Part shown: piece by piece, positions 12,701 to 23,653 of the stretch
How the letters are laid out: every line of letters begins with the position of its first letter
How positions within the stretch are numbered: position 1 is the first letter of the stretch
Origin: Yuukianura sp. NJ FZ-2021
Lineage: Eukaryota
Assembly (NCBI GenBank): GCA_046563655.1
Contig: CM102290.1
Coordinates: 11,780,001 to 11,844,000, forward strand
Direction of reading: 5' to 3'
Length of the DNA stretch: 64,000 nucleotides
Made by a program: the position numbers and the translations under genes
Notes under the pieces: model-generated
What the model saw: the letters and a program-made list of their open reading frames with translations, nothing else
What the model was told of the DNA's origin: nothing
The model's database searches: none

Positions 12701-15700
12701 GAGGAAATTCCATAAGGGTACTGCCTCCGTCCTTTGGACTCCTCAGAAACCTCAGCATTCTGCTGCTAGATGAAAACCTATTGACAGAGATACCAAAAGA
12801 TATTGGGAGTTGTACACAGTTGTCCATTTTAAATGTTTCGAGGAACAAATTGACGTCAATCCCATCCGAAGTAGGATACTTGTCCAATCTAAAGGTGCTC
12901 TGTTTGTCTGGGAATCTGATTCAGTATTTACCTGTGACGCTTTTAAATTGTCCGAAACTTGGAGCGATTTGGATATCGGAGAGCCAGTCAAAACCTATGT
13001 TGCAACTGAACAAAGAGACGCTGAGTAGCACCGGTCAAGTGGTATTAACGTGCTTTCTATTACCGCAAGTACCACCGCTGAGAACAGGTAAATCTCGCAT
13101 TTTGAAATGTTAGTTAAAGTATTGATTGTCCTAATTTTGCTTATTTTGGAACGAATTAGGTCCAATAGTAGAGGAAGAAGAAGATGACGAGTCGTGCACA
13201 AGAAGGAGGAAGGCCAAGATCAAGTTTGCAGATTTTCCAGATGAACCTGTAATTGAAGAATGTCCTCCAGAAAAACCCGCCTTAGTCGGACCATCTTCGA
13301 AGTCTGGTTTGAGTCGTGCTCCTACTCCGTATCCCAAGGAACTCCGAGCTCTTGCGAAACACGCGTCCATGATACGTCATGGGAAGGAGCAAAACGGAGA
13401 TATGAGTCCAAAAGTAAGTGCATTACAATTAAAACAAAAGCAAAAGCACAATTTGGAACGTTTTCTTTTGTTACTGATTCTAATGTTACACTTGTGTTTC
13501 AGGAAAATGCATGTTATGAAGAAGGTCACGGCGACATGTATGATGGAGAGGCGGAGTGTTCTGGAGGTCACAGTAGTCCTACCAAGGGCAGCGGAGATGA
13601 ATTTTCGGTGAGTCAGCAAAAAATTTTCAGTGGAGGATTTAAAATTTTTGAACTCAGACTACAAAAGGTTAAAACATTTTGACTTACAAAACTTTTAGTA
13701 TTAGCGTGGGAATTAATTGGTCTTTGGGAAGGTGGCAGTCCAGATCGAAGATGTTGGCAAATATTCATGTAACTAACAACGTACAAATCTGTGCTTTCTT
13801 TCGGTTTTTTATTTTTGAGTTTTATATTTTACGAAATGACAATGTGTTTTTTATGTTAATCGTGTAGTTTACTTTTGCTTCTTAACTTTTTACCGTTTGT
13901 TTTAGTTTTCAAAATTCAAAATTGCGCATTGCGTTTGTTTTGTTGCCTATTAATTACTCGATTTGTTCGTTGTGAGAACAGTTTGGTTTGTTGATTTAAT
14001 TATTTTTTAGTCAATTAGTCAAGCATATTTAACGGAATCTTAAACTAATGAAACCACTTACATTGTTTCAGAGGACTCGCGAGACAGATTGTACCAGAAC
14101 CGAAAGACTGGCGTTTCAATACGCTCCTCGGTGGGACAGTAATCGGAGCAGTGGCAGTAGTCATGGTTACCGCCAGCAAAATCAAAGTGGCATGAGTGGC
14201 ACAGAAGCGTTACAAGGTCAACAGCCTAGCCATGGTGGCACAGGGGCCGCAGTAGAGCAGTCCTATCCATTATGGACTCCTGAGAACAATATTTTGCCAC
14301 ATGAAAACACTAGTACTCCGCCACCATATCATATTGCTGCACGTCGAGCTGCCTTCTTTCGCAATTCAAGTGCATCATCAAGGAGCAGCTCCAGCTCTAC
14401 ACTTGTCAACTCAAATACCGGGCATGACCCTGCCATTCCATTTCCATTTCAAGAAAATCAGAAGATTGTCGCACCTAATTCAACAGAAATCACGCCAAGA
14501 GTGCAGCCATATATGTCTCAAGTACCAAGTTCCATCCTTAGTCCCAGAGGATCAGTTGGAGACCACAATGCAAATACGGAGATTCAAAAGACCGATGAAA
14601 TTAACTCATGCGCAACATCGGATGACAACTGCTTAGGTTCTAAAGAAGTCCACATGGTTCCTAGCCTTCAAAATGAACGAAGCTATCAAAATGGAATGAC
14701 TGTACCGTCTTATTCAAAATTCCAACATAAACAAATGGAGGAGCGTGAAGTCATTGTTAAAGATTTTCTCCCTCCGAATAGTACTCCTGAAGTACCAACA
14801 TTCAATGACAGTTACCGGCATTTTGAAAATATGGTACTCGTCAACTCAGACGAACTTGGCAGTTCCAGAAACGGACGGAATTCGTTTGGACGCAGTGGAA
14901 TGAGTAATTGTAACATTCAAAAACCTCCAACCATCTCCAGACAAGCGGCGACAACTGTTCCACCGTATGAGGACAACGGTGTAGATGTGGAACAGGGAAT
15001 CATCGAAACCACAATACCAACCGAATGGCAACGACCAGGATCTTCAGGAGATGAACTGGAAGGCGGAACAGATTCTTCGGATGGGCCACCTATTTTGCCA
15101 ATGCGACCAATTACTACAAACTATAAGCAGATTACAGCGGCAGCATTAGTAGTAGGTCCAGTACCGGCTCCATCTCAAAATATCCGTTTACAGCCTGGAA
15201 AAGTTTCAAGAATTCCAGTTTCTCCAAGGAAAGTAGGTGAAGTAGCTAGCCCTCCTGTTACGCCACTCATAGTCACTTCCCCACATTCAACTGTGTATTC
15301 AGATAGGAGGAACGACGTTCCGACGTTACTGGGTGGAAGTGGAGATGCAACTGACTCTGGAAGCAGCAATCATAAACCTAACAGCATTCGGTCTAACGCT
15401 GCTACTGTTAACGGTTCACCTTTTGCTTCACCTACTGCTGTTACTACGAATTTTGGCTATTCATCTACTGCAAAGTCAATAGGCGTAGCAAAAGAGTCAG
15501 TAAGGAATGAATCTCCAGTCGAATTGCCGAAAACTACTGTGCCGACTAGTCTAAGGTCACCAACGATTTCTGAATCTAAAATACCAATTAGTTCCAAGAA
15601 ACCGTGGATTTTCGGAACGCATCGTAACACTCGAGTGGTAAGTTTTTTTTTCATTTGTGGTTTTGTGCTTGTATTCTGTTTGGTTTGATTCGAAATTGTT

Positions 15701-16078
15701 AATTTGATTTCAAAATTTTAGGTTTCATTGGAATATGGCAAAAAAACGGATGACCTAGGATTTTCCGTGTGTAACCGACTGGGGGAAACGGTAAGCGAAC
15801 TGAGCCACATTTGATTTTGAATTTGGCGGGAATGGAGGAAAGGTTTTGAAATTTTTTGAAACTTGAAACTTCAACGACTTATTGATTTTCTGTTTTAGGG
15901 TACATTCATAGATGCAATCAGTAACGCGGAATCGACAGTAAAACGAGGAGATAAACTGCTGGAAGTGGATGGAATTGATGTTTCCAAGATGAGGTTAGAA
16001 ATTGTAACGAAAATTTTGAGCAACTGCAAAGAATCTATCAATCTTCTTGTGTCGAGACAAGAAAATGGGAAACAATGA
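6762..16078 (+). CDS. Lap1: LAP-family protein (LRR + LAPSD + single C-terminal PDZ), Lap1/Erbin/Densin-like, ~1154 aa, 12 coding exons
   Basis: Exons 6762-6917, 7728-7863, 10862-11151, 11244-11318, 12292-12417, 12495-12535, 12621-13087, 13160-13413, 13503-13607, 14072-15637, 15722-15790, 15899-16078, all GT-AG and phase-consistent. N-terminus MPSWWKSCVCK...SLDFRQCNFVTVPPEVF (Erbin-like CxC), tandem LxxLxLxxN repeats, LAPSD WISESQSKP/TCFLLPQ, RAPTPYPKEL motif, PPPY, KPWIFGTHRN, PDZ DLGFS...RGDKLLEVDG. Acceptor at 6640 implies upstream non-coding exon(s). AATAAA at 16893. Confidence 0.93.
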
Positions 16079-16995
16079 TACAAATCAAATGCAAGTTACA
16101 AGCAAACCGATTCCAAAATTTCTAAAAGTGCAATCGACGGATTCACCATTGTTTTACTGAAATTAGTAACTCCCATTTCATTACTAGACTCTTGGTTTGT
16201 CTAAAAAGTTAGAACGTTCGTAATTCTATGTAAAAGCCTGTTATAATCGTAATTTTAATCAATACGCAACAAAATTCTTCCTTTGGTCTCATGCTTCTTT
16301 TGATTGCAGTGAAATGTAACAAACAACCACTTGTGTTATTTTAATTATTTTACATATTTTATTTAGTTCTTGTAGGAGATCTTGTTTCTATTTCCTAGAT
16401 TTTGCAATTAAGTTAACTGATTATGTTAATGTTTAGATTTTATGCTAGGTTCTGGTAGGGGAACAAGATCTCTTTGTTTTTAAACTTATCAACTTATGTT
16501 TTATGTCGTAACTTCCGTTTTTAAAGCTAAATCGTCCCTTGCAACTTTGTAATTCACGAAAAAACTAATATCTGTACCAAGTACTAGTTGTTGGTCTACT
16601 TAATTAGTAATTGACAGCTATTGAGAACGAAGCAGTCGATGGCTAACATGGGGAACTGCGTTTTAGTTGGAGCGTTTATGTTGACTCCATTTGAAACGCT
16701 GGTTCAACCATGTTGTGATTCTGACATTGTGAGATTGAAGCCATTTCTAATCACTAGAATAAGTATTAACTTTTAATCGTAGGCAAGTTATGGTTGTCAT
16801 TTTAAATTTTAAATTCTATTTTACAAATTGCGATGGTGTGATTGTTTTCATCGCAATGTTTAACTCCAAGTTTAATATTTTTGGGAACCATAAATAAAAT
16901 TGGTTTGTACTTTGCGACAGAATTAAACGATTATTTAGTATACATGATTACTTAATTAGTTAAGCTTTCGTATTTTTTTGCACGATATATTGAGA

Positions 16996-17369
16996 TTTCC
17001 CGCCAGAACGGCATTTTAACCTTCGAATGACCGTCAAATTCGGTTGCTGGGGACGCCAGCGTCCTTTGACCTTCAAATGACCGTCAAATTCGGTTGCTGG
17101 GGGCCGCAGCGTGCTTTGACCTTCAAGTGACCGTCAAATTCGGTTGCTAGGGGCCGCCAGCGTCCTTTGACCTTCAAGTGACCGTCAAATTCGGTTGCTG
17201 GGGGAAACTAGGGTCGTTTGACATTGAATTCACCTTGGGGATCACGAAAGGAATGCGTGGAGGGCAAAGTCCATCTACCTGCCCCTGCGAACAAAGGAAA
17301 GGGGAAATTCCTTTGCTCTGATTGGTCGAGAGCAGAACAAAGAAGAACAAAGGAACCGAGGTTTCATTC
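16996..17369 (+). promoter_or_regulatory. Putative piwi promoter
   Basis: E2F-type TTTCCCGCC at 16996-17004, tandem array 17021-17222, inverted CCAAT box CTGATTGGTC at 17318-17327, arthropod Inr-like TCATTC at 17364-17369, about 275 nt upstream of the piwi ATG. Confidence 0.55.
17021..17222. repeat. Tandem array of four 50-51 bp units
   Basis: Units start at 17021, 17071, 17121, 17172. Consensus CTTCRARTGACCGTCAAATTCGGTTGCTRGGG(GC-rich variable)TTTGAC; the core TGACCGTCAAATTCGGTTGCT is identical in all four. Confidence 0.95.
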
Positions 17370-17639
17370 TTGGTGAAACCAGGAGAAGACTTCATTCCAT
17401 CGCCAGACCTCGAGGAAGAAGGAGCTCCAGGAAGACTCTCTCCAACCGACCCACCGAAGGAAGGAAGCCCCACCGGAGACCCACCACACAGCGGAGACTA
17501 CAACTACTACTACAATCACCGAAGAAGACTCTGCCAAACTCCACTCGACTCCAGCAGAGGACCAAGACCACAGCGGAGACTTCGACCACAAGAAGACAAC
17601 CTCAACACTCAGCGGAGACTTCAACCACCGACTGCAGCC

Positions 17640-20600
17640 ATGGATGAACAGGAGACCTTCTCGTCGGAGTACCGCGGAGGGAAGGTTGGATCTCCGAAGC
17701 TGCCGATGAGGGCACGAGGAAGAGGACGACGCATGATTGGACGCTCGAAGGATGACCCCGAAGGACTTCCTGGAGGACTGGAGAGCCCCACCAGCCCAGA
17801 AGCATCCACCTCCTTCTTGGACAAAATGCGAGGACTCATGCTGGGAGATGAGCTGCAGTCCCAACTTCGGTTTGAGGGCAAGGACACATCGCCTAGTCGA
17901 CCAATCGGACGCCGAGGAACTCTTCGAGGAGGACACCGCTACGTCATGCAGCCAGAAGAAGATCTGAAGCCACCGCAGATGCTGGGCAAGGAAGGAACTT
18001 CAGGAACTGCCATCCAGCTTCTGGCCAACTACTTTACGGTTGTCAAGCGGCCAACCTGGGCCCTCTACCAGTACTCTGTCGAGATGACTCCACACGAAGA
18101 CAACGTTCGTCATGCCAAGGCCTTCATCGCACGCCACGCGGAGACACTCGGGAGCTACATCTTCGATGGAACTGCACTCTACTCTCAACGGGAGCTTTGC
18201 CAGCATGGAGATCTGGAGCTGGTGACTCTACGGAAGGAAGACGACAGTCCAGTGCAGATTCGAATTCGACTGGCTGGAACACTGCTGCCCGAAGACACGA
18301 TGTACCTCTCCTTCTTCAACCTCGTCTTGCGGAAATGTCTCTACGGACTCAAGTTCGAGCTGATGGGCAGAAACTTCTTCGACAGCGGAGCTGCCGTCAA
18401 GATCCCGAGTCATCGTCTGGAGTTGTGGCCTGGATTCGCCACGTCAATCCGAAGACACGAGAAGGAGACGCTGCTCTGCGCTGAAGTCACTCACAAGGTC
18501 CTTCGTCTGGACAACGTCCTTTCGCAGATCAACGGCTGGAAGAACTCCCGGGACTTTCGAGCTACAGCCACGGACGAGCTGCTCAACGCCATCGTGATGA
18601 CCAGCTACAACAAGAAGACGTACAAGATCACGGACATCGCTTGGGACCTCAGCCCAAAGTCAACGTTCGACCACAAAGGAGTCCAGACGACGTACGCCGA
18701 CTTCTACCAAGCACGTCACTCGGTGACCATCAAGGACATGGATCAACCACTTCTCGTCGTGGAGCCACGCAACAAGGATTTCCACCGAGGAAACTTCGAC
18801 AGCCCGACGACCATCCACTTGCTTCCGGAGACTTGTCAGATGACTGGACTCACTGATGCCATGCGAGCCAACTTTACGCTGATGAAGGACTTGGGCAAAC
18901 ATCTTCATGCAGGAGCGGCCGAGAGAGTGAGCACATTGACGCAATTCATCAAGCGACTCACCACCAATCCAGAGGTAAGCATACAGCAATCATCTTTTGG
19001 TTTGATTTTCTACTTGGTTCAAGACTTGGGAAATTAATTTGTGTTTTCTTTTTGTTCTTTGCAGAATCGAGTCGTGCTGGACAACTGGGAAATGGACTTT
19101 GCCACCACTCTGACCACTTTGAAGGGCCGTGTGCTGCCAAGAGAAGGAATCGTCTTTTCTGGAGATCGCCCCGAGAATCCTGACGACAAAGAAGACTGGT
19201 CCATGGCCTTCCGGAAGCGTCAGATGCTGTCTGCTGTCCATCTTGAACGCTGGGTGATGATCGTTCCTCAAATGAACTTCGGAGATGCTGACAACGTCGT
19301 CAAGACGATGGGAAGAGTTGCAGCCCCACTCGGAATGACCGTCAAGCAGCCACTGGAGATCATCAAGCTCACCGACTTGCGGCCCATCACCTACACACAG
19401 ACGGTGGAAAAAGTCTTCCGTCAGCATGGTGGCAAACTTCAGCTGATGTTCGTCGTTCTTCCAAACAACAAACCTCAACTCTACGCCATTGTCAAACGCC
19501 GTCTCTCGGTTGACTTTGGAAGTAAGTTTTATTCTTCTAGTTTCTTTTAATCTTACAGTTGAATCTTTAAAATATTTTCCAAAAACTAATTCTGGTGTTC
19601 TTTTCTTATTTCCAGTTCCGTCGCAATGCTTTTTGGCCAAGAACATGCAGGGGAAACAAGTGATGTCCATTTGCACGAAGGTTGTCATTCAAATCAACGC
19701 GAAGCTCGGCGGTCATCCCTGGTCAATCCAGCTTCCAATGAAGGTACGAGACTACTCCGCTGGACTAATTTGCAGTATAATTTTTTCACTGACTGGTTGC
19801 TAATTCTGATTTTTTTTCTTGTTGCAGAAAACGATGTTCATGGGATTCGATGTTTACCACGGTGGAAGAGGGAATTCCAAATCAGTTGGAGCTCTGGTGG
19901 CGACTACTTCAAACAACTTTGCTTCTTACTTCAGCGACGTCACTTTCCACTCCACTCAAGACGAGCTTTCCTGCAACCTCAGCGTTGGAGTCTCAAGTAA
20001 GTTTCAAAAAAAAATTATTATAATTTTTCTGGTTGTTCATTTTGATTTTTCGTATTTCTAAATTCCACTTTTTTTTTTATTTTGCAGAAGCCATCCGAGC
20101 ATACCAAGCGGTGAACAACTGCCTTCCGGACAGAATCGTGATGTTTCGTGATGGAGTGGGCGAGGGTCAGATGTACCAAGTCAACATGCAGGAAGTTCTG
20201 CCAATCATCGCTACTTTAACTACGCTCTACTCTGCCACTGGACAGGAGAAGCCCAAGTTCACCTACATCATCGTCACCAAGAAAATCAACACGCGACTCT
20301 TCACTGGCGGAGCCCGAACCGAGAATCCTCCTCCAGGAACTGTTGTGGACACAGTCGTCACCTTGCCATACAGGTAAGTTCTTCGCTTATTTCCAGGAAT
20401 TCACCACTGATTCTCGTCCTGGACAAGTTTTTCTAATCCGATGCTGTTTCTTTGCAGGTACGACTTCTATCTGGTTGCTGCCACTGCTCGTCAAGGCACC
20501 GTGAGTCCCTGCTCCTACACCATCATCCACGACACTTCCAGCCTCGATGCCGACAAGATCCAGCGACTGACGTACAAGATGTGCCACCTCTACTTCAACT

Positions 20601-20722
20601 GGTCTGGCACCGTAGCAGTCCCTGCACCGTGTCAATACGCCCACAAGCTCGCCTACTTGGTTGGAATCGCACTGGGAGCAACACCGAACGCCTCTCTCCA
20701 GAATCTGCTGCACTTCCTCTGA
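17640..20722 (+). CDS. piwi: PIWI-clade Argonaute, Aubergine/Piwi (PIWIL1-like) subgroup, ~879 aa, 6 exons, catalytic tetrad intact
   Basis: Exons 17640-18974, 19065-19521, 19616-19743, 19828-19996, 20088-20373, 20458-20722, phase-consistent. ATG in GCAGCCATGG context. RARGRGRR N-terminal RG patch, GTSG..IQLLANYF, PAZ TSYNKKTYKITDIAW..SPKSTF, MID YAIVK/PSQC/CTK/QINAKLGG, PIWI GFDVYH (D), QDEL (E), FRDGVGEG (D), PAPCQYAHKLAYLVG (H), C-terminal LHFL. TLPYRYDF and RDGVGxG favour Aub/Piwi over Ago3. AATAAA at 20981. Confidence 0.97.
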
Positions 20723-21042
20723 ACTCCGACTGCCGCCTTCCGGACGCTTCATTTTCAACCTCGCCATTTTCTGCGTTTTAGTTTTCTACGTTTTCCTTTT
20801 CTGGCTAGCTGAACTTACACTAGTATGCTCCATCCGAGCTTTTCCTTGTCCGTAGTAGTTTCTAGTATTTGATGTATACTGTACATAGTTATTTCTACGC
20901 TCGTTATGAAGCTGTATAAGTATAAGTAGTATTTAGTATTTCATGTTAGACTGTACATACTATCGTAGTAATTTTCTATTAATAAACAATAGCATCAAAA
21001 TATTTTCTGTCTTTTGTCCAGCTTCTTTTCTTCCATCTTTTC

Positions 21043-21204
21043 GTTCGTGGGAAAAACCATTGGGTTTTCCTCCCACACTGTCAGCGATTCCATTCCAGCG
21101 TCTTTGTCATCCATCTTGTTGTTTCTACGCTTCAGCATTTGGTATCAAAAGCTCCTGGTTCTCCTTGTTCGTGGGACAAGCCATTGGGTTTTCCTCCCAC
21201 ATTG
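21043..21204. repeat. Two copies of a 38-bp direct repeat, each an imperfect hairpin
   Basis: 21043-21080 GTTCGTGGGAAAAACCATTGGGTTTTCCTCCCACACTG versus 21167-21204 GTTCGTGGGACAAGCCATTGGGTTTTCCTCCCACATTG (3 mismatches). Lies between the convergent piwi and SphK 3' ends. Confidence 0.9.
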
Positions 21205-21513
21205 CCTGCAATTCTTGTTTCAATTTCGAAAAGTTTTTGAATTGGGTTCAGACAGACTCCAATTCTAGGCATTAACTACGCGAAGAGACATTTTCTAGAT
21301 AAGCAGAAAAGTTTGATAGTTCAATAATTGTTTAATACTAGTTGTCATTTCTATTTTTGCGAGATTACATAAGTATCAAATTACACTGATCTAAAAAAAA
21401 TTAAAAACACAGTTTAAAATTATTTCACTTTAAAATTGTTGCGTCCCTCGCTGTGTACAAACACGCCTGCACATATGAACGGAAGCTTCTCCTAAATGCT
21501 GAATAATAGAAGA

Positions 21514-23653
21514 CTACAATGCGAAGCAATTGAGCGGTTTGGAAGCGATTCGAGCAGTGACAGTTTGACCAGCAATTCTTTCTCCGTCCAAAGTCAAGTA
21601 GCCTTGTATTCCTCCTGCAGAATAAATTGAGAACTCTTTCACCACAACGTAGTCTACTCCAGGAACATCAATATGTGTGCCTATAAGAAATTAAAGTAGA
21701 ATGCTAGCTGATTTGATTAAATACTGTTGATTAGTTTTGAACACTGACTAAACTAACCTTTAGCCAACCCAAGCAGAAACTGTGCCGCTCGGGCTCTGCC
21801 GATGTCTCCCTTTGCAATTGTGAGATGAATGTATCCATCATTTGGAGTAGCATGTGGAGCAAAGATGATGTCTGACCCAATGTGTGACTGGCATGATGCA
21901 TAGACACTCACAAAGTCTCCATCTATCACTGTCGGAGCGTCTCCAAACTTGACGGAGTACTTGACCAGGGCATTGTAAGTCCTCAACTTGGCCAACCTCA
22001 GAAGCGACCAAAGAGTAAATCTACTTTCCCCAATGGGACGAATGACTTCACTGTAACAAAAAAAAAGCACGGTCAGCTAGTTAATCATTGATGAAATTCA
22101 GTGAGGGTTAGTGGAGAATGTCAATTTCAGCGTTTTACTTAGCAGTAAGTGACGAAAAAATTGTGTTACCTTTCTATGTCAATGTCGGACAATATTCCCC
22201 AGCCAACGGATAGAAACGCAAAGATCCTTCGGGTATCAACGTCAACCTCCAACTATAAAAGTCACATTTGTCAAAATTTTGAAAAACTAGAAAAAAGTAT
22301 TCAGTAGATTTCGAAAAACTTACCAAATTTACTGCAAGTACTTGACCTCGAGCTACGGCTAACGTAGTGGTGAGCACTGGATTTTTGAAGTAGTCTTCGC
22401 TCTCTCCGGAGTAGGACGCAATGGAACGCGCAAGGCCGTTCCCAGAACCACCAGCAATTACGCCAACTGGAATCTAAATAAAAATAGTACAAAAAATTGT
22501 ATTAAAAACAAAGGAATAACAATTTTGACAGTTGAATAGAGAGAATCGATCTTACGTCGGAGACAGTATGAGCATCCGGACGTGAGCGGAGACCATTTAC
22601 AACTTCATACAGCAATCCATCTCCACCTACGGTCACGATTCCTCCAAATTCAGACAGGTCTTTTGAAAACGCTAGATTTTGGGCATGCCCCGCATGCGTT
22701 GTAACCAGCAGGATGACCTTGATACCACTTTCACAAAGAATTGGGTAGACAAATTCCTAAAACACCAAAAAACATTAGCGTATTGGTTCCAATTACCAAA
22801 AAACTTGACAATATTTGTAGTTTTACCTTAAAAATAGTAAGAGTTTTGCCCTGTCCGCTTTTTGGATTAACGATGACAAGAAATTTCCGTAGCAGCAGCG
22901 ATTGGCTGGAGAGGGAAATGGCCAACTCATGTGTACTTGCATTAGTATCGTCAATACTCCCTTTTTCATTTGACATCCAGTCAGGTTCTGAATACTTGTC
23001 TGTGACTTCTCCCTGACGTCGTCCACTGTTTGACGTCTCTTTGTACAGTTTGTCGAGCTGCCACTTGGATAACTTTGATCTGAGAAGTGCCAGGGCAGTG
23101 TCCTTCCAAGTCGAAGCCTCGTTCAAATTCTCTTCAAATGTACATCCTGGCTTCTGGATCTGAAAGACGACTTGAATCTTCTCCCTGACCTTACTGGACG
23201 ACATGAGTCCGCGCTTAATTCGGGGATAAAATGTGAAGCATAAGTAAGCTGCTGCAAATCCAAGAACTTTTCCATTTCCTTCGCTGCTCTTCTTCTTGTG
23301 TCGGTACGTCTGCACTCCGAATAAGTCCCGCAGAGCATATCGTTCTACTTGTTCAGGGTCCTTTGCAGCCTGGAAGTACAGTTCAATATCCGTTAGCACT
23401 AGATGATACGCCGTCCTGTTCCTTGAGTAGCATTCGAGTGTGTCTTCCTTGAAAATGCTGCCAGCATGCTGCAGGGACTGGCCGACATTGACGGGTGAAG
23501 TTAGCGAAGCCGTGGGATCTGCTGTTTGCACTCCTGTAAGAAATATTTAAATAAACGATTAAACATTAGCGTGACAATTTCCATAAATTATTCTTAAAAC
23601 CAACCATTTCCGCCTTCCAAAATTACAGGACTCGGAGTGTGGCTACAAAGCAT
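21514..23653 (-). CDS. SPHK: Sphingosine kinase (DAGK catalytic fold, N-terminal PH-like extension), ~549 aa, 7 exons
   Basis: Minus-strand exons 23605-23653, 22827-23533, 22556-22756, 22324-22473, 22170-22252, 21758-22050, 21514-21680, phase-consistent. Motifs VIVNPKSGQG, TTHAGHA, VGGDGLLYEVVNG, GGSGNGLA, FLSVGWGILSDIDIESE..R.IGESRFT, FAPHA..NDG.IHL, LTLDGE. The first small exon is less certain. Confidence 0.93.

Noticed and set aside
17021..17222. CRISPR-like array next to an Argonaute gene
   Set aside because: The variable parts of the units are homologous to one another rather than unique spacers, the context is an intron-rich eukaryotic locus, and no cas genes are present. It is an ordinary tandem repeat.
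17253..17639. In-frame uORF (ATG 17253, TGA 17319) plus 106 open codons as a readthrough or non-AUG N-terminal extension of PIWI
   Set aside because: The uORF lies upstream of the inferred Inr and its stop overlaps the CCAAT box. The leader is so T-poor that all three frames are nearly stop-free, so openness is not evidence of coding.
17364..20781. Long antisense and alternate-frame ORFs overlapping piwi (e.g. 17364-17936, 18990-19688)
   Set aside because: These are shadow ORFs expected from GC-rich, codon-biased exons, with no independent motifs.
16980..21300. piwi captured inside a transposon
   Set aside because: Repeats flank both sides, but I found no terminal inverted repeats, TSDs or transposase remnants bounding the block.
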